NCBI GenBank assembly: GCA_015068425.1
Contig: SVKK01000007.1
Coordinates: forward strand, 2,131-66,130
Source of the DNA: Oscillospiraceae bacterium
GTDB lineage: Bacteria; Bacillota; Clostridia; Oscillospirales; Oscillospiraceae
DNA: 64,000 nucleotides
Reading direction: 5' to 3'
Shown: positions 42,274-50,527 of the stretch, piece by piece
Layout: each line of letters begins with the position of its first letter
Position numbering within the stretch: position 1 is the first letter of the stretch
Translations under genes and position numbers: made by a program
Notes under the pieces: generated by a model
The model's input: only the letters and a program-made list of their open reading frames with translations
Databases searched by the model: none
What the model was told of the DNA's origin: nothing

Positions 42274-42945
42274 ATGACAAAATTCATAGAAGTAACCGGC
42301 AAGACCGAAGAAGAGGCAATTGCTTCTGCTCTGGCACAGCTGGATATGAGCCGCGACGATGTTTCCGTTGAGATTCTCGAGCGCGCCAAGTCCGGTTTTC
42401 TTGGCATCGGTGCAAGCCCCGCTCTTGTCCGTGTAAGCTACGAAGTGGCTGACACTCAGCGCGACAAGGTGGAGCGCTACCTCCGCGGACTTCTGGACTA
42501 CATGGGTGTTGAGGCCCGGATTGAGATCACTGAGCGTGAAAACGGCGGTCTCACTGCCAACCTCAGCGGCGGCGGCATGGGTGCCGTCATCGGTCGCAGA
42601 GGCGAAACTCTGGATGCAATCCAGCACCTTGTGAACTACAGCGTTAACCGCGGAAACGATAAGCGCATGCACATCAGTGTTGACGCCGAAAACTATCGCA
42701 GCAAGAGAGAAGAGTCCCTCGTTCATCTCGCTGAAAAGATGGCTGCAAAAGCTGTCAAGTATAAGCGAAGCATGGCTCTTGAGCCCATGAATTCCTATGA
42801 GCGCCACGTTATCCATACTGCTCTGCAGGATTATGAGGGCGTTTCCACCTCTTCCACCGGCACCGAACCCAACCGCCGCGTGGTGGTTTCCTACGAAAAG
42901 CCCGAAACCCACAGCTCCAAGCCTGTGAGCCGCGAGTGGGCCTGA
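42274..42945 (+). CDS. jag: Jag/KhpB RNA-binding protein (Jag_N + KH + R3H)
   Basis: MTKFIEVTGKTEEEAIASALAQL is followed by a KH-like GRRGETLDAIQ and an R3H-like NSYERHVIHTAL. ATG 42274; the track start is TTG 42256. Confidence 0.9.
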   Translation: MTKFIEVTGKTEEEAIASALAQLDMSRDDVSVEILERAKSGFLGIGASPALVRVSYEVADTQRDKVERYLRGLLDYMGVEARIEITERENGGLTANLSGGGMGAVIGRRGETLDAIQHLVNYSVNRGNDKRMHISVDAENYRSKREESLVHLAEKMAAKAVKYKRSMALEPMNSYERHVIHTALQDYEGVSTSSTGTEPNRRVVVSYEKPETHSSKPVSREWA

Positions 42946-42968
42946 TCAGAAACACGGAGGATATAGTT

Positions 42969-43196
42969 ATGGTATATGAGAGACTGCGCGCCATCCTTGC
43001 CGACCAGCTCGGCATAGCAATCGATGATATCAATATGGATACCCACATCATCAATGATTTGGGAGCCGATTCTTTGGACCTCGTAGAACTTATTATGGCT
43101 CTTGAGGACGAATTCAACCTTATTGTCACCGACGAAGCCGCAAGAGAGCTCTACACCGTGCGCGAAATAAGCGAATTCATCGAAAAGCTTATCTAA
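42969..43196 (+). CDS. Acyl carrier protein (stand-alone)
   Basis: The 75-aa sequence MVYERLRAILADQLGIAIDDINMDTHIINDLGADSLDLVELIMALEDEF has a DSL phosphopantetheine-attachment motif. ATG 42969 follows GGAGG. Confidence 0.85.
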   Translation: MVYERLRAILADQLGIAIDDINMDTHIINDLGADSLDLVELIMALEDEFNLIVTDEAARELYTVREISEFIEKLI

Positions 43197-43203
43197 GTAC
43201 AAT

Positions 43204-43239
43204 AAAAAGCAGCGTACCTTTTGGTACGCTGCTTTTTTT
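43204..43239. terminator. Bidirectional terminator between the ACP gene and ricT
   Basis: AAAAAGCAGCGTACC-TTTT-GGTACGCTGCTTTTT. Confidence 0.85.
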
Positions 43240-44593
43240 ATTCACCCTTGGGGGCTGCGCCGCCGGGAGCTTTGTTTTTGGGCTTTCCGCGGTAGCGATG
43301 GTAATTGTTTTTCTTTTTGGGAGCGGTAGCTGCCGCTTTTTCGCTGTTTTGAGGAGTCTTGCTCTGAGGCGCGGCACCGGAAGCCTTTGCCTGAGGGGCT
43401 TTTTTTTGTTCACCCTGCTTGGGCTGAGCTTTTTTCACCTCGCCGCTCTGCTGAGGGGTTTTGGGCTTGGAGGAATTGCGCTTGCGGGCGGGCTTTTTCT
43501 TTTGCTTGGGAGTTTCTCCATCCGCTTTTTTGTTCTGCTGGGCAGACTCTTCGCTTTTTTCCGCCTTGGGAGCTTCGGCAATGCTCTTGCTCTGAGAGGG
43601 CTTTTTGCCCCGGCTGCGGTTTTTGGAACGCTTTTTCTGATCGGGTGCTTTTTCTGCAGCGGGAATTTCGGCAGGAGCTTCCTCGGGGGGAGCAAGGGGT
43701 GCAGTCCACTGGGGAAAAAACTCTTCCTCCTCCTTAGGCTTTATAACAAGAATATCGGGAAGAGGCTCGCCGGGCTTGGGTCTGCCTCCGGGAATGGTGG
43801 CAACCTCGTCTGCATCAAAGCTCTTTGGAGCGTCATCATCTCCGTCCAGCTTAACCTTCACCTTCTGGCGAAGGAGGTTGACCTGGCATACATTGCCGTA
43901 GCCGCAGGGGGTCTGAACAAAGGCACCGTTTTTGGGAACGGTTTTAACAAGCTCCTCATAGGCATCCTGCTCATAGCGAAGGCAGCACATAAGTCTGCCG
44001 CAGGAACCCGATATTTTTGCGGGGTTGAGAGAGAGGGACTGGGTTTTTGCCATTTTGGTGGAAACAGGCTCAAAATCTTCAAGGAAGCTGTGGCAGCAGA
44101 AAGGTCTGCCGCAGATACCAAGGCCGCCCAGCATCTTTGCTTCATCGCGAACGCCTATCTGGCGCAGCTCTATGCGGGCACGGAAAATGCTTGCAAGGTC
44201 CTTAACCAGCTCGCGGAAGTCAACGCGTCCGTCGCTGATAAAAAAGAACAGTATTTTATTGCCTTCAAAGTTGCACTCAACATCAACAAGCTTCATATCG
44301 AGACCGTGGGCAGCGATCTTTTCCTCGCATATGCCGAAGGCCTCCTTTTCCCTCTCCTTACAGAGTTCGGCGATGCGGAGATCATCGGCGGTGGCGACCC
44401 TTATAACGGGGCGCAGGGGAGGCACGATGCGGTCATCGTTGACGGTGTGAGGGCCCTGAACGCATTCCGCAAGTTCCAGACCCTTGCTGGTCTCCACAAC
44501 AACCTGCTGGCCGCTCTGGCAGTCAACACCGTTGGGGTCAAAGAAATAGGTCTTGCCGCGACCTTTGAATTTTACACTAACAACATCAGTCAA
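43238..44593 (-). CDS. ricT: PSP1-domain protein RicT/YaaT with a long lysine-rich C-terminal extension
   Basis: The PSP1 domain includes ...GICGRPFCCHSFL...SGSCGRLMCCLRYE.... About 180 aa of K/P/A/Q-rich tail follow. Confidence 0.9.
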   Translation of the reverse strand: MTDVVSVKFKGRGKTYFFDPNGVDCQSGQQVVVETSKGLELAECVQGPHTVNDDRIVPPLRPVIRVATADDLRIAELCKEREKEAFGICEEKIAAHGLDMKLVDVECNFEGNKILFFFISDGRVDFRELVKDLASIFRARIELRQIGVRDEAKMLGGLGICGRPFCCHSFLEDFEPVSTKMAKTQSLSLNPAKISGSCGRLMCCLRYEQDAYEELVKTVPKNGAFVQTPCGYGNVCQVNLLRQKVKVKLDGDDDAPKSFDADEVATIPGGRPKPGEPLPDILVIKPKEEEEFFPQWTAPLAPPEEAPAEIPAAEKAPDQKKRSKNRSRGKKPSQSKSIAEAPKAEKSEESAQQNKKADGETPKQKKKPARKRNSSKPKTPQQSGEVKKAQPKQGEQKKAPQAKASGAAPQSKTPQNSEKAAATAPKKKNNYHRYRGKPKNKAPGGAAPKGE

Positions 44594-44603
44594 AGTATTT
44601 TCC

Positions 44604-45404
44604 TCATTTCGATTCGATTGAGCAGACGCTGAGCATACCGAAAAGCTGCTTGCTGCTCACATTGAAGCGCAGATATTCCTGCGATTTTCTCATAAGCGCC
44701 ACAAGGCGCATAAGGGATTTGCGGCTAAGTCCCGCCTCGCTCAGTCTGCCGCAGAGCATATCTGTCAAAAGCATAGAGGCGGCTTTTACAAATTCCATGG
44801 AGTCGGCAACACTCATTTCTCCCTGCTCGGTGGTAAAGCGAAGGAGGGCGAGAGCATCGCCCCTGGCGATTATAGCCAGGTATTTTTCTGCTTTTTCCCT
44901 TGCCTCGGGGCTGATGCTGTCCTCTTCTCCGTTCAGGTTTATGCTGACGCAGCGGGAACGGATAGTTTCCAGCAAAAGATTGGGGTTATCTGTTATCAGG
45001 ATAAAAGCATCAAAATAGGGAGGTTCTTCAAGGATTTTCAGGAGGGTTCCCTGAGAATTGGGGGCTATGGCACCTGCATCCTTGATAATATAGACTTTTT
45101 TCTCCGCCTCGTTAGGCATAATGAAAGCGGTGGAGAGCATGGCGCGGACAAGATCAATGGGAATTTCTTTCTTCATCCTGCCCTTGTCGTCCAGAGGACG
45201 GCTCAGCACTATCACATCGGGGTGAATGCCCCTGAGACTTTTTTTGCAGTGGCGGCATTCGCCGCAGGGCCGCTTACCATGGCTTTCACAGAGAATTGCG
45301 GCAGCAAGCTCGGTGGCCTTTTTGTAGCCTTCTTCGGGTTTCGCGGAGATGATATAAGCATGGGAGAGGTTTTTGCCAAAGTCCATATAGTCATACCTCC
45401 CCAT
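44604..45404 (-). CDS. holB: DNA polymerase III subunit delta-prime (short form)
   Basis: SHAYIISAKPEEG...AAAILCESHGKRPCGECRHCKK...HPDV is a clamp-loader-type N-terminus with a zinc module. The gene lies upstream of ricT, as in Bacillus. The start is 45404 or 45386. Confidence 0.85.
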   Translation of the reverse strand: MGRYDYMDFGKNLSHAYIISAKPEEGYKKATELAAAILCESHGKRPCGECRHCKKSLRGIHPDVIVLSRPLDDKGRMKKEIPIDLVRAMLSTAFIMPNEAEKKVYIIKDAGAIAPNSQGTLLKILEEPPYFDAFILITDNPNLLLETIRSRCVSINLNGEEDSISPEAREKAEKYLAIIARGDALALLRFTTEQGEMSVADSMEFVKAASMLLTDMLCGRLSEAGLSRKSLMRLVALMRKSQEYLRFNVSSKQLFGMLSVCSIESK

Positions 45405-45471
45405 TAAAATCTATCTATATATTTTACATTTAATGCGGAAGATAGTCAAGGTAAATCCATAGCCCTATCCG

Positions 45472-45500
45472 TTGACTTTTTTCCCTTTTTGCCGTAAAAT
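45472..45500 (+). promoter_or_regulatory. Sigma-A-type promoter of mnmG-mnmA
   Basis: TTGACT (45472-45477), a 17-nt spacer, then TAAAAT (45495-45500). Confidence 0.55.
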
Positions 45501-45544
45501 ACTTCGCATAAACGAAATATTGTTGTTACCAAAGGGGCAAAACC

Positions 45545-47623
45545 ATGATTAAAGGATATATAAGCGTAAAAGAAGCTGCGCAAAATTGGGGTGTTACCAC
45601 CCGCAGAGTACAGTATTACTGCGCAAATGGGTATATTAAGGGTGTTATTCGCTTCGGAAGGAGCTTCGCCATTCCCGAAGGCACCGAAAAACCGGCGGAC
45701 GGAAGAAGAACTGCGGAAGCCGCGGAAAAAACCCATCTTTCCGGCGGTGTGCCTGTCTATGAGGCAGGAGAGTGCGCTGTGGCTGTGATTGGTGCCGGTC
45801 ATGCAGGCATAGAGGCTGCTCTCGCCTGCGCAAGGCTGGGGCTTGATACTCTCATATTCACCATCAATCTGGATGCCATAGGCAATATGCCCTGCAATCC
45901 TGCCATAGGCGGCACAGGCAAGGGACATCTTGTCCGGGAGATAGACGCTCTTGGCGGCGAGATGGCAAAAGCTGCGGATAAGGCCGCAATTCAGTATAGA
46001 ATGCTCAACCGGGGCAAGGGACCTGCCGTACACTCTCTTCGCGCTCAGTGCGACAGAAGAAAGTATCAGGAAATAATGAAGCATACTCTTGAGCGCCAGG
46101 AAAATCTCCGGGTGAAGCAGGCGGAGATAGTTGAGATTGAAACGGCAGAGGGCAAGGTGAGCAGCGTCATCACCGCAACGGGAGCGCGCTTTCGCTGCAA
46201 GGCCGCCATCATAGCCAGCGGCACTTACCTCCGTGCCCAGACCATAGTGGGCGAGGTCATCCAGTCTTCGGGACCGGACGGACTTGCTGCCGCCGGAAGG
46301 CTCAGCGAATCTCTGGAGTCCATGGGTCTGTCCCTGCGCCGATTTAAAACAGGCACTCCCCCAAGGGTGAATGAGCGCAGTGTGGATTTTTCCAAAATGG
46401 AGCTTCAGCCGGGTGATGAGGTGATAGAGCCCTTCTCCTTTGAAAGTGACAGCTCGGCTCTTTGCAACAGCAAGGTTTGTTACCTGACTTATACAAACGA
46501 GAATACCCACAACACCATAAAAGAAAACCTGGACAGAAGCCCCATTTATTCCGGCGTAATAGAGGGCGTAGGCCCCCGCTATTGCCCCAGTATTGAAACA
46601 AAGGTTATGACCTTCCCCGATAAGCCCCGCCATCAGCTTTTTGTTGAGCCTATGGGGCAGGAAACAATGGAGCTTTATATTCAGGGCTTCTCCTCTTCAA
46701 TGCCGGAGGAAGTTCAGCTTCGTATGATGCGGTCTATTCCCGGGCTTGAAAATGCGGAGATGATGCGCTGTGCCTACGCCATAGAGTATGACTGCATCGA
46801 CCCCACCGAGCTTTACCCCACTCTGGAAACAAAGGCTGTCAGCGGGCTTTACGGAGCGGGACAGTTCAACGGCTCTTCCGGCTATGAGGAGGCTGCCGCT
46901 CAGGGTCTTGTTGCCGGTGTTAACGCTGCTATGAAAATTCTCGGCAGAGAGAGTATGGTGCTCCGGCGCAGCGACGGATATATAGGAACGCTTATTGATG
47001 ACCTTGTCACCAAAGGCACTGATGAGCCCTACAGAATGATGACCTCCCGCACGGAATACCGGCTGCTGCTCAGGCAGGATAATGCGGACTTCCGCCTTTG
47101 CCATATAGGCAATCGGGTGGGTCTTGTCAGCGAAGAGCGCCTTGCAGCGGTAAAGGAAAAATATGCCGCTGTGGATAGAGAGATAAGACGTCTTGAGCAT
47201 ACGGGTCTTGCGCCTTCAAAGGAGCTTAACGACTATCTGGAAAGCTGCGGCACAGCTGCCGTAATAAACGGTTCATCTCTTGCTGACCTTATCCGCAGAC
47301 CCCAGATAAGCTACGCAGGCCTTGCCCCCTTTGATAAGGATAGACCGGTCCTTCCCAAGGCTGTTTGGGAGCAGGCGGAAATACGCATCAAGTACGAAGG
47401 CTATATACGCCGCCAGATGAAGCAGGTGGAGGAGTTCACCCGCCTTGAGAAAAAGCTTTTGCCTGACGGGCTGAATTATTCCGAAATAACGGGACTTCGC
47501 ATTGAGGCGAGAGAAAAGCTTGGACGCATCCGCCCCCGCAATTTTGGTCAGGCAAGCCGCATATCCGGAGTTTCTCCCGCGGATATTGCCGCTCTGATGG
47601 TGTGGCTGGAAAACAGAAAGTGA
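45545..47623 (+). CDS. mnmG: tRNA uridine-5-carboxymethylaminomethyl(34) synthesis enzyme MnmG with an N-terminal HTH extension
   Basis: The MnmG core begins at [22 protein letters not shown] and runs to the C-terminus ...[21 protein letters not shown]. It is preceded in frame by about 75 aa that include [41 protein letters not shown]. Confidence 0.9.
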   Translation: MIKGYISVKEAAQNWGVTTRRVQYYCANGYIKGVIRFGRSFAIPEGTEKPADGRRTAEAAEKTHLSGGVPVYEAGECAVAVIGAGHAGIEAALACARLGLDTLIFTINLDAIGNMPCNPAIGGTGKGHLVREIDALGGEMAKAADKAAIQYRMLNRGKGPAVHSLRAQCDRRKYQEIMKHTLERQENLRVKQAEIVEIETAEGKVSSVITATGARFRCKAAIIASGTYLRAQTIVGEVIQSSGPDGLAAAGRLSESLESMGLSLRRFKTGTPPRVNERSVDFSKMELQPGDEVIEPFSFESDSSALCNSKVCYLTYTNENTHNTIKENLDRSPIYSGVIEGVGPRYCPSIETKVMTFPDKPRHQLFVEPMGQETMELYIQGFSSSMPEEVQLRMMRSIPGLENAEMMRCAYAIEYDCIDPTELYPTLETKAVSGLYGAGQFNGSSGYEEAAAQGLVAGVNAAMKILGRESMVLRRSDGYIGTLIDDLVTKGTDEPYRMMTSRTEYRLLLRQDNADFRLCHIGNRVGLVSEERLAAVKEKYAAVDREIRRLEHTGLAPSKELNDYLESCGTAAVINGSSLADLIRRPQISYAGLAPFDKDRPVLPKAVWEQAEIRIKYEGYIRRQMKQVEEFTRLEKKLLPDGLNYSEITGLRIEAREKLGRIRPRNFGQASRISGVSPADIAALMVWLENRK

Positions 47624-47630
47624 GGAAAAA

Positions 47631-48626
47631 ATGAGAGTGCTTTTGGGTCTCAGCGGCGGTGTGGACAGCGCCGTTGCCGCAAGACTTCTGCAGAATGCAG
47701 GTTACGAAGTTCGGGGTCTTTATCTGGATATAGGATCTCCCGAAGCAAGAGCGGATGCGGTGGAAACTGCCCGTTTTTTGGGTGTGGAGCTGGATATAAT
47801 GAATATTTCAGCCGAGCTGGAGGAAAAGGTGTGCGCCCCATTTGTTGATAGCTATCTTAGGGGTGAAACCCCCAACCCCTGCATTATGTGCAATCCTGCG
47901 GTAAAGTTTGCGGCCTTGATCCGTCGCGCCGATGAAGTTGGCGCAAAATTCATTGCCACAGGTCATTATGCCCGAACCGAGAATGGAGGTCTTTATAAAG
48001 CCCACTCGGGAAATGACCAAAGCTATATGCTTTGCCGATTGAAAAAAGAACAGGTTGAACGGCTTTTGCTGCCTTTGGGGGAATTCGAAAAAAGCGAAGT
48101 GCGCGCCATGGCGGAGAGCTTCGGCATTCCCGTTGCCTCCAAGCCCGACAGCATGGAGATATGCTTCATTCCCGATAAAGACTATATAGGCTGGATTGGG
48201 CGCCGCGCCGCCGTTCCGGGAGAAGGGGACTTTGTGTTTAATGCTCAGGTCATAGGCCGCCATGAGGGCATCCACCGCTGGACCGTGGGTCAGCGCATAC
48301 CGGGGCTTTATAATGAGCGCAAGCTTTATGTTTCCGAGATACGCCCTGAAAGCAATGAGATAGTGCTCGCTTTGTGGGAGGATCTTTTCAAAACCGAGGT
48401 GCTGATAAGAGATTTTAATTGGCTTATTCCCGAGCCGGAAGAGGCCATTCGCGGCAGCATAAAAGTCCGCCACACCAAGTGGGAATGTCCCGAATGTACG
48501 GTGTTTCCTCAGGAAGACGGCATAGTGAAGGTCTTGACGGAGGAAGCTGTGAGAGCACCTGCCCGCGGTCAGGCCGCCGTTATCTATTGTGGTGAAAGAG
48601 TCCTCGGAGGCGGATATATTGTGTAA
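47631..48626 (+). CDS. mnmA: tRNA 2-thiouridine(34) synthase MnmA
   Basis: The PP-loop is MRVLLGLSGGVDSAVAA, followed by ...NPCIMCN... and ...IATGHYAR. Confidence 0.93.
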   Translation: MRVLLGLSGGVDSAVAARLLQNAGYEVRGLYLDIGSPEARADAVETARFLGVELDIMNISAELEEKVCAPFVDSYLRGETPNPCIMCNPAVKFAALIRRADEVGAKFIATGHYARTENGGLYKAHSGNDQSYMLCRLKKEQVERLLLPLGEFEKSEVRAMAESFGIPVASKPDSMEICFIPDKDYIGWIGRRAAVPGEGDFVFNAQVIGRHEGIHRWTVGQRIPGLYNERKLYVSEIRPESNEIVLALWEDLFKTEVLIRDFNWLIPEPEEAIRGSIKVRHTKWECPECTVFPQEDGIVKVLTEEAVRAPARGQAAVIYCGERVLGGGYIV

Positions 48627-48732
48627 AATACAATATATGCCAAATATTCAAAATTTTACCTGTTTGCCATAAAAAATCCCAAATTCTCTGCTATATTTTG
48701 TAGAAATTTTTTGAGAAAAACACAAAATATGC

Positions 48733-48761
48733 TTGCATCGTGTCGAAGTCTGTATTATAAT
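48733..48761 (+). promoter_or_regulatory. Sigma-A-type promoter of the small membrane protein gene
   Basis: TTGCAT (48733-48738), a 17-nt spacer, then TATAAT (48756-48761). Confidence 0.55.
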
Positions 48762-48834
48762 ACTACACATATTGGGGGATTGTCCTTAATCCTCAACAAG
48801 ATTTCGTGGTTTTTGATAGTTTGGAGCATGGCAG

Positions 48835-49260
48835 ATGAAAAAATTTGCGATAGGCGTACTTGCCATATGCATGGTGGTACTGCTGGTCATCAGCCTTAAC
48901 GGCGGTTTTGATGACGTTGAAAATAAGAATATGAACTTCAATGAAGCTGCATTCTCCATTCCCAGCTCCATTTCCGGAAGCAAGGATATCTCCAGCTTCC
49001 TTATCGGTGAGTTCACCGGGGACGACGGCACCCACCTCAGTTTAGACGGAAATGGCTATGTGAAACTCACCAGAGGCGTGGGATTTGTACAGAGCGGAAC
49101 TTATACCCTCCTCCAGCAGAGCGACGGCAGTGCAATGCTTCGATTTATATTTGAAAGCGGTGACGAGCTTTATGCATTTGCTCTTTGCTCTGATTGCGGC
49201 GACTTTATTCTCGCAGACAAAGACGGAAACGAGACAAAGTACACTCCGGTTTTAATCTGA
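48835..49260 (+). CDS. Hypothetical small protein with an N-terminal TM or signal anchor
   Basis: MKKFAIGVLAICMVVLLVISLNGG... with no family recognised. A promoter lies upstream and a terminator downstream. Confidence 0.6.
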   Translation: MKKFAIGVLAICMVVLLVISLNGGFDDVENKNMNFNEAAFSIPSSISGSKDISSFLIGEFTGDDGTHLSLDGNGYVKLTRGVGFVQSGTYTLLQQSDGSAMLRFIFESGDELYAFALCSDCGDFILADKDGNETKYTPVLI

Positions 49261-49278
49261 TTAAACATACAGCACGAT

Positions 49279-49312
49279 AAAGCGGGAAACGAAATTCGTT
49301 TTCCGCTTTATT
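49279..49312 (+). terminator. Intrinsic terminator
   Basis: AAAGCGGGAAACG...CGTTTTCCGCTTT followed by a T-rich stretch. Confidence 0.75.
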
Positions 49313-49331
49313 ATTTGAAGGGGTTTTGACT

Positions 49332-50477
49332 ATGACTGAAAAACTTTATTACCAAGATGCGTATTTGGAAAAATTCAGCGCCTGTGTTGTTTCGTGCACC
49401 CAGGGGAAAAAGGGCTATGAGATAATCCTTGACCGCAGTGTCTTTTATCCGGAAGGAGGAGGACAGCCCGGAGATACTGGTATTCTCGGCGGTGTTAAGG
49501 TTGTGGATACACATGAAAAAGGAGGAGAAGTCATCCATTACTGCGAGGCTCCTCTTGAAGTGGGCAGCCTTGTTGAAGGTGAGATAGATTTTTCCCGCCG
49601 CTTCGACTTTATGCAGCAGCATAGCGGAGAGCATATAGTCAGCGGTCTTATCCATAGTCGCTTTGGCTGCGACAATGTGGGCTTTCATATGGGACGGGAC
49701 ACCGTTACAATAGACTTCAACTGCGCAATAAGCGCCGGTGAGCTTAAGGAAATTGAGCGTCAGGCAAACGAACTCATCTGGAAAAATATTCCCATAAATG
49801 CCAGCTGGCCGGACAGCGAAGAGCTTGCCGCTCTGCCGTATAGAAGCAAAAAAGCTCTCAGCGGAGAGGTGCGCATTGTTGAATGTGTGGGCGCGGATAT
49901 GTGTGCCTGCTGCGGTACCCACGTTAAAAGCGCGGGAGAGCTTGGTCTTATCAAGCTCCTTAGCGTCCATCCCTTCCGTGAGGGGGTGCGCATAGAGATG
50001 CTTTCGGGAAAAAGAGCCTATGACTATGTCTGCGGTGCAGTTGAGCAAAACGCCGCTGTGGGCGCTCTCCTCTCCGCCAAATATGACGCCACCTATGCTG
50101 CCGCCAAGCGTATGCAGGAGGAGCTTGTGGCAACGGCCTACCGTCTTACGGGAATGGAAAACCGTGTATTCGCGGCCATTGCCGAAAAGTATGGAGCTGA
50201 GGATGAGGTGCTCATATTTGAGGAGGGACTTTCCTCCGATGCCGTCCGCCGTCTTGCCGACGCGCTTATGAGCCGCTGCAGCGGACTTTGCGCCGTATTC
50301 TCCGGTGATGATGCAGGCGGATATAAGTATGCTCTCTGCAAAAAAGACGGCGACCTGCGCAGCTTTATAAAGGAAATGAATATGGCTCTTCGGGGAAGAG
50401 GCGGCGGAAAACCCTTCTTTGCCCAAGGCTCTGTGCAGTGTACCAGAGCTGAGATAGAAGCTTTTTTTGAAAAATAA
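49332..50477 (+). CDS. alaX: AlaX-type alanyl-tRNA editing protein (tRNA_SAD + DHHA1-like C-terminus)
   Basis: FYPEGGGQPGDTG, the HxxxH-type motif HSGEHIVSG and CCGTHV zinc ligands are present. ATG 49332. Confidence 0.85.
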   Translation: MTEKLYYQDAYLEKFSACVVSCTQGKKGYEIILDRSVFYPEGGGQPGDTGILGGVKVVDTHEKGGEVIHYCEAPLEVGSLVEGEIDFSRRFDFMQQHSGEHIVSGLIHSRFGCDNVGFHMGRDTVTIDFNCAISAGELKEIERQANELIWKNIPINASWPDSEELAALPYRSKKALSGEVRIVECVGADMCACCGTHVKSAGELGLIKLLSVHPFREGVRIEMLSGKRAYDYVCGAVEQNAAVGALLSAKYDATYAAAKRMQEELVATAYRLTGMENRVFAAIAEKYGAEDEVLIFEEGLSSDAVRRLADALMSRCSGLCAVFSGDDAGGYKYALCKKDGDLRSFIKEMNMALRGRGGGKPFFAQGSVQCTRAEIEAFFEK

Positions 50478-50482
50478 AAGAG

Positions 50483-50518
50483 AAAACCCGTTCCATTTCA
50501 TAAATGGAACGGGTTTTT
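50483..50518. terminator. Bidirectional terminator between alaX and the MATE gene
   Basis: AAAACCCGTTCCATTT-CAT-AAATGGAACGGGTTTTT. Confidence 0.85.
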
Positions 50519-50527
50519 ATCAGTTTA

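Noticed and set aside
41743-43786. Repetitive-looking GAAG/AAGC-rich DNA in the yidC 3' end and ricT 3' end was considered as a possible repeat array or CRISPR-like structure.
   Set aside because: There are no regularly spaced identical direct repeats. The periodicity comes from codon-level low complexity (K/E/A/P-rich tails) within continuous ORFs.
45740-45760. Independent mnmG start at the in-frame GTG (around 45747, [10 protein letters not shown]...), which would make the HTH segment a separate upstream ORF.
   Set aside because: The HTH segment and the MnmG core share one frame with no stop between them, so they cannot be two separate ORFs. No SD-like sequence precedes the GTG. An additional internal initiation cannot be excluded without experimental data.
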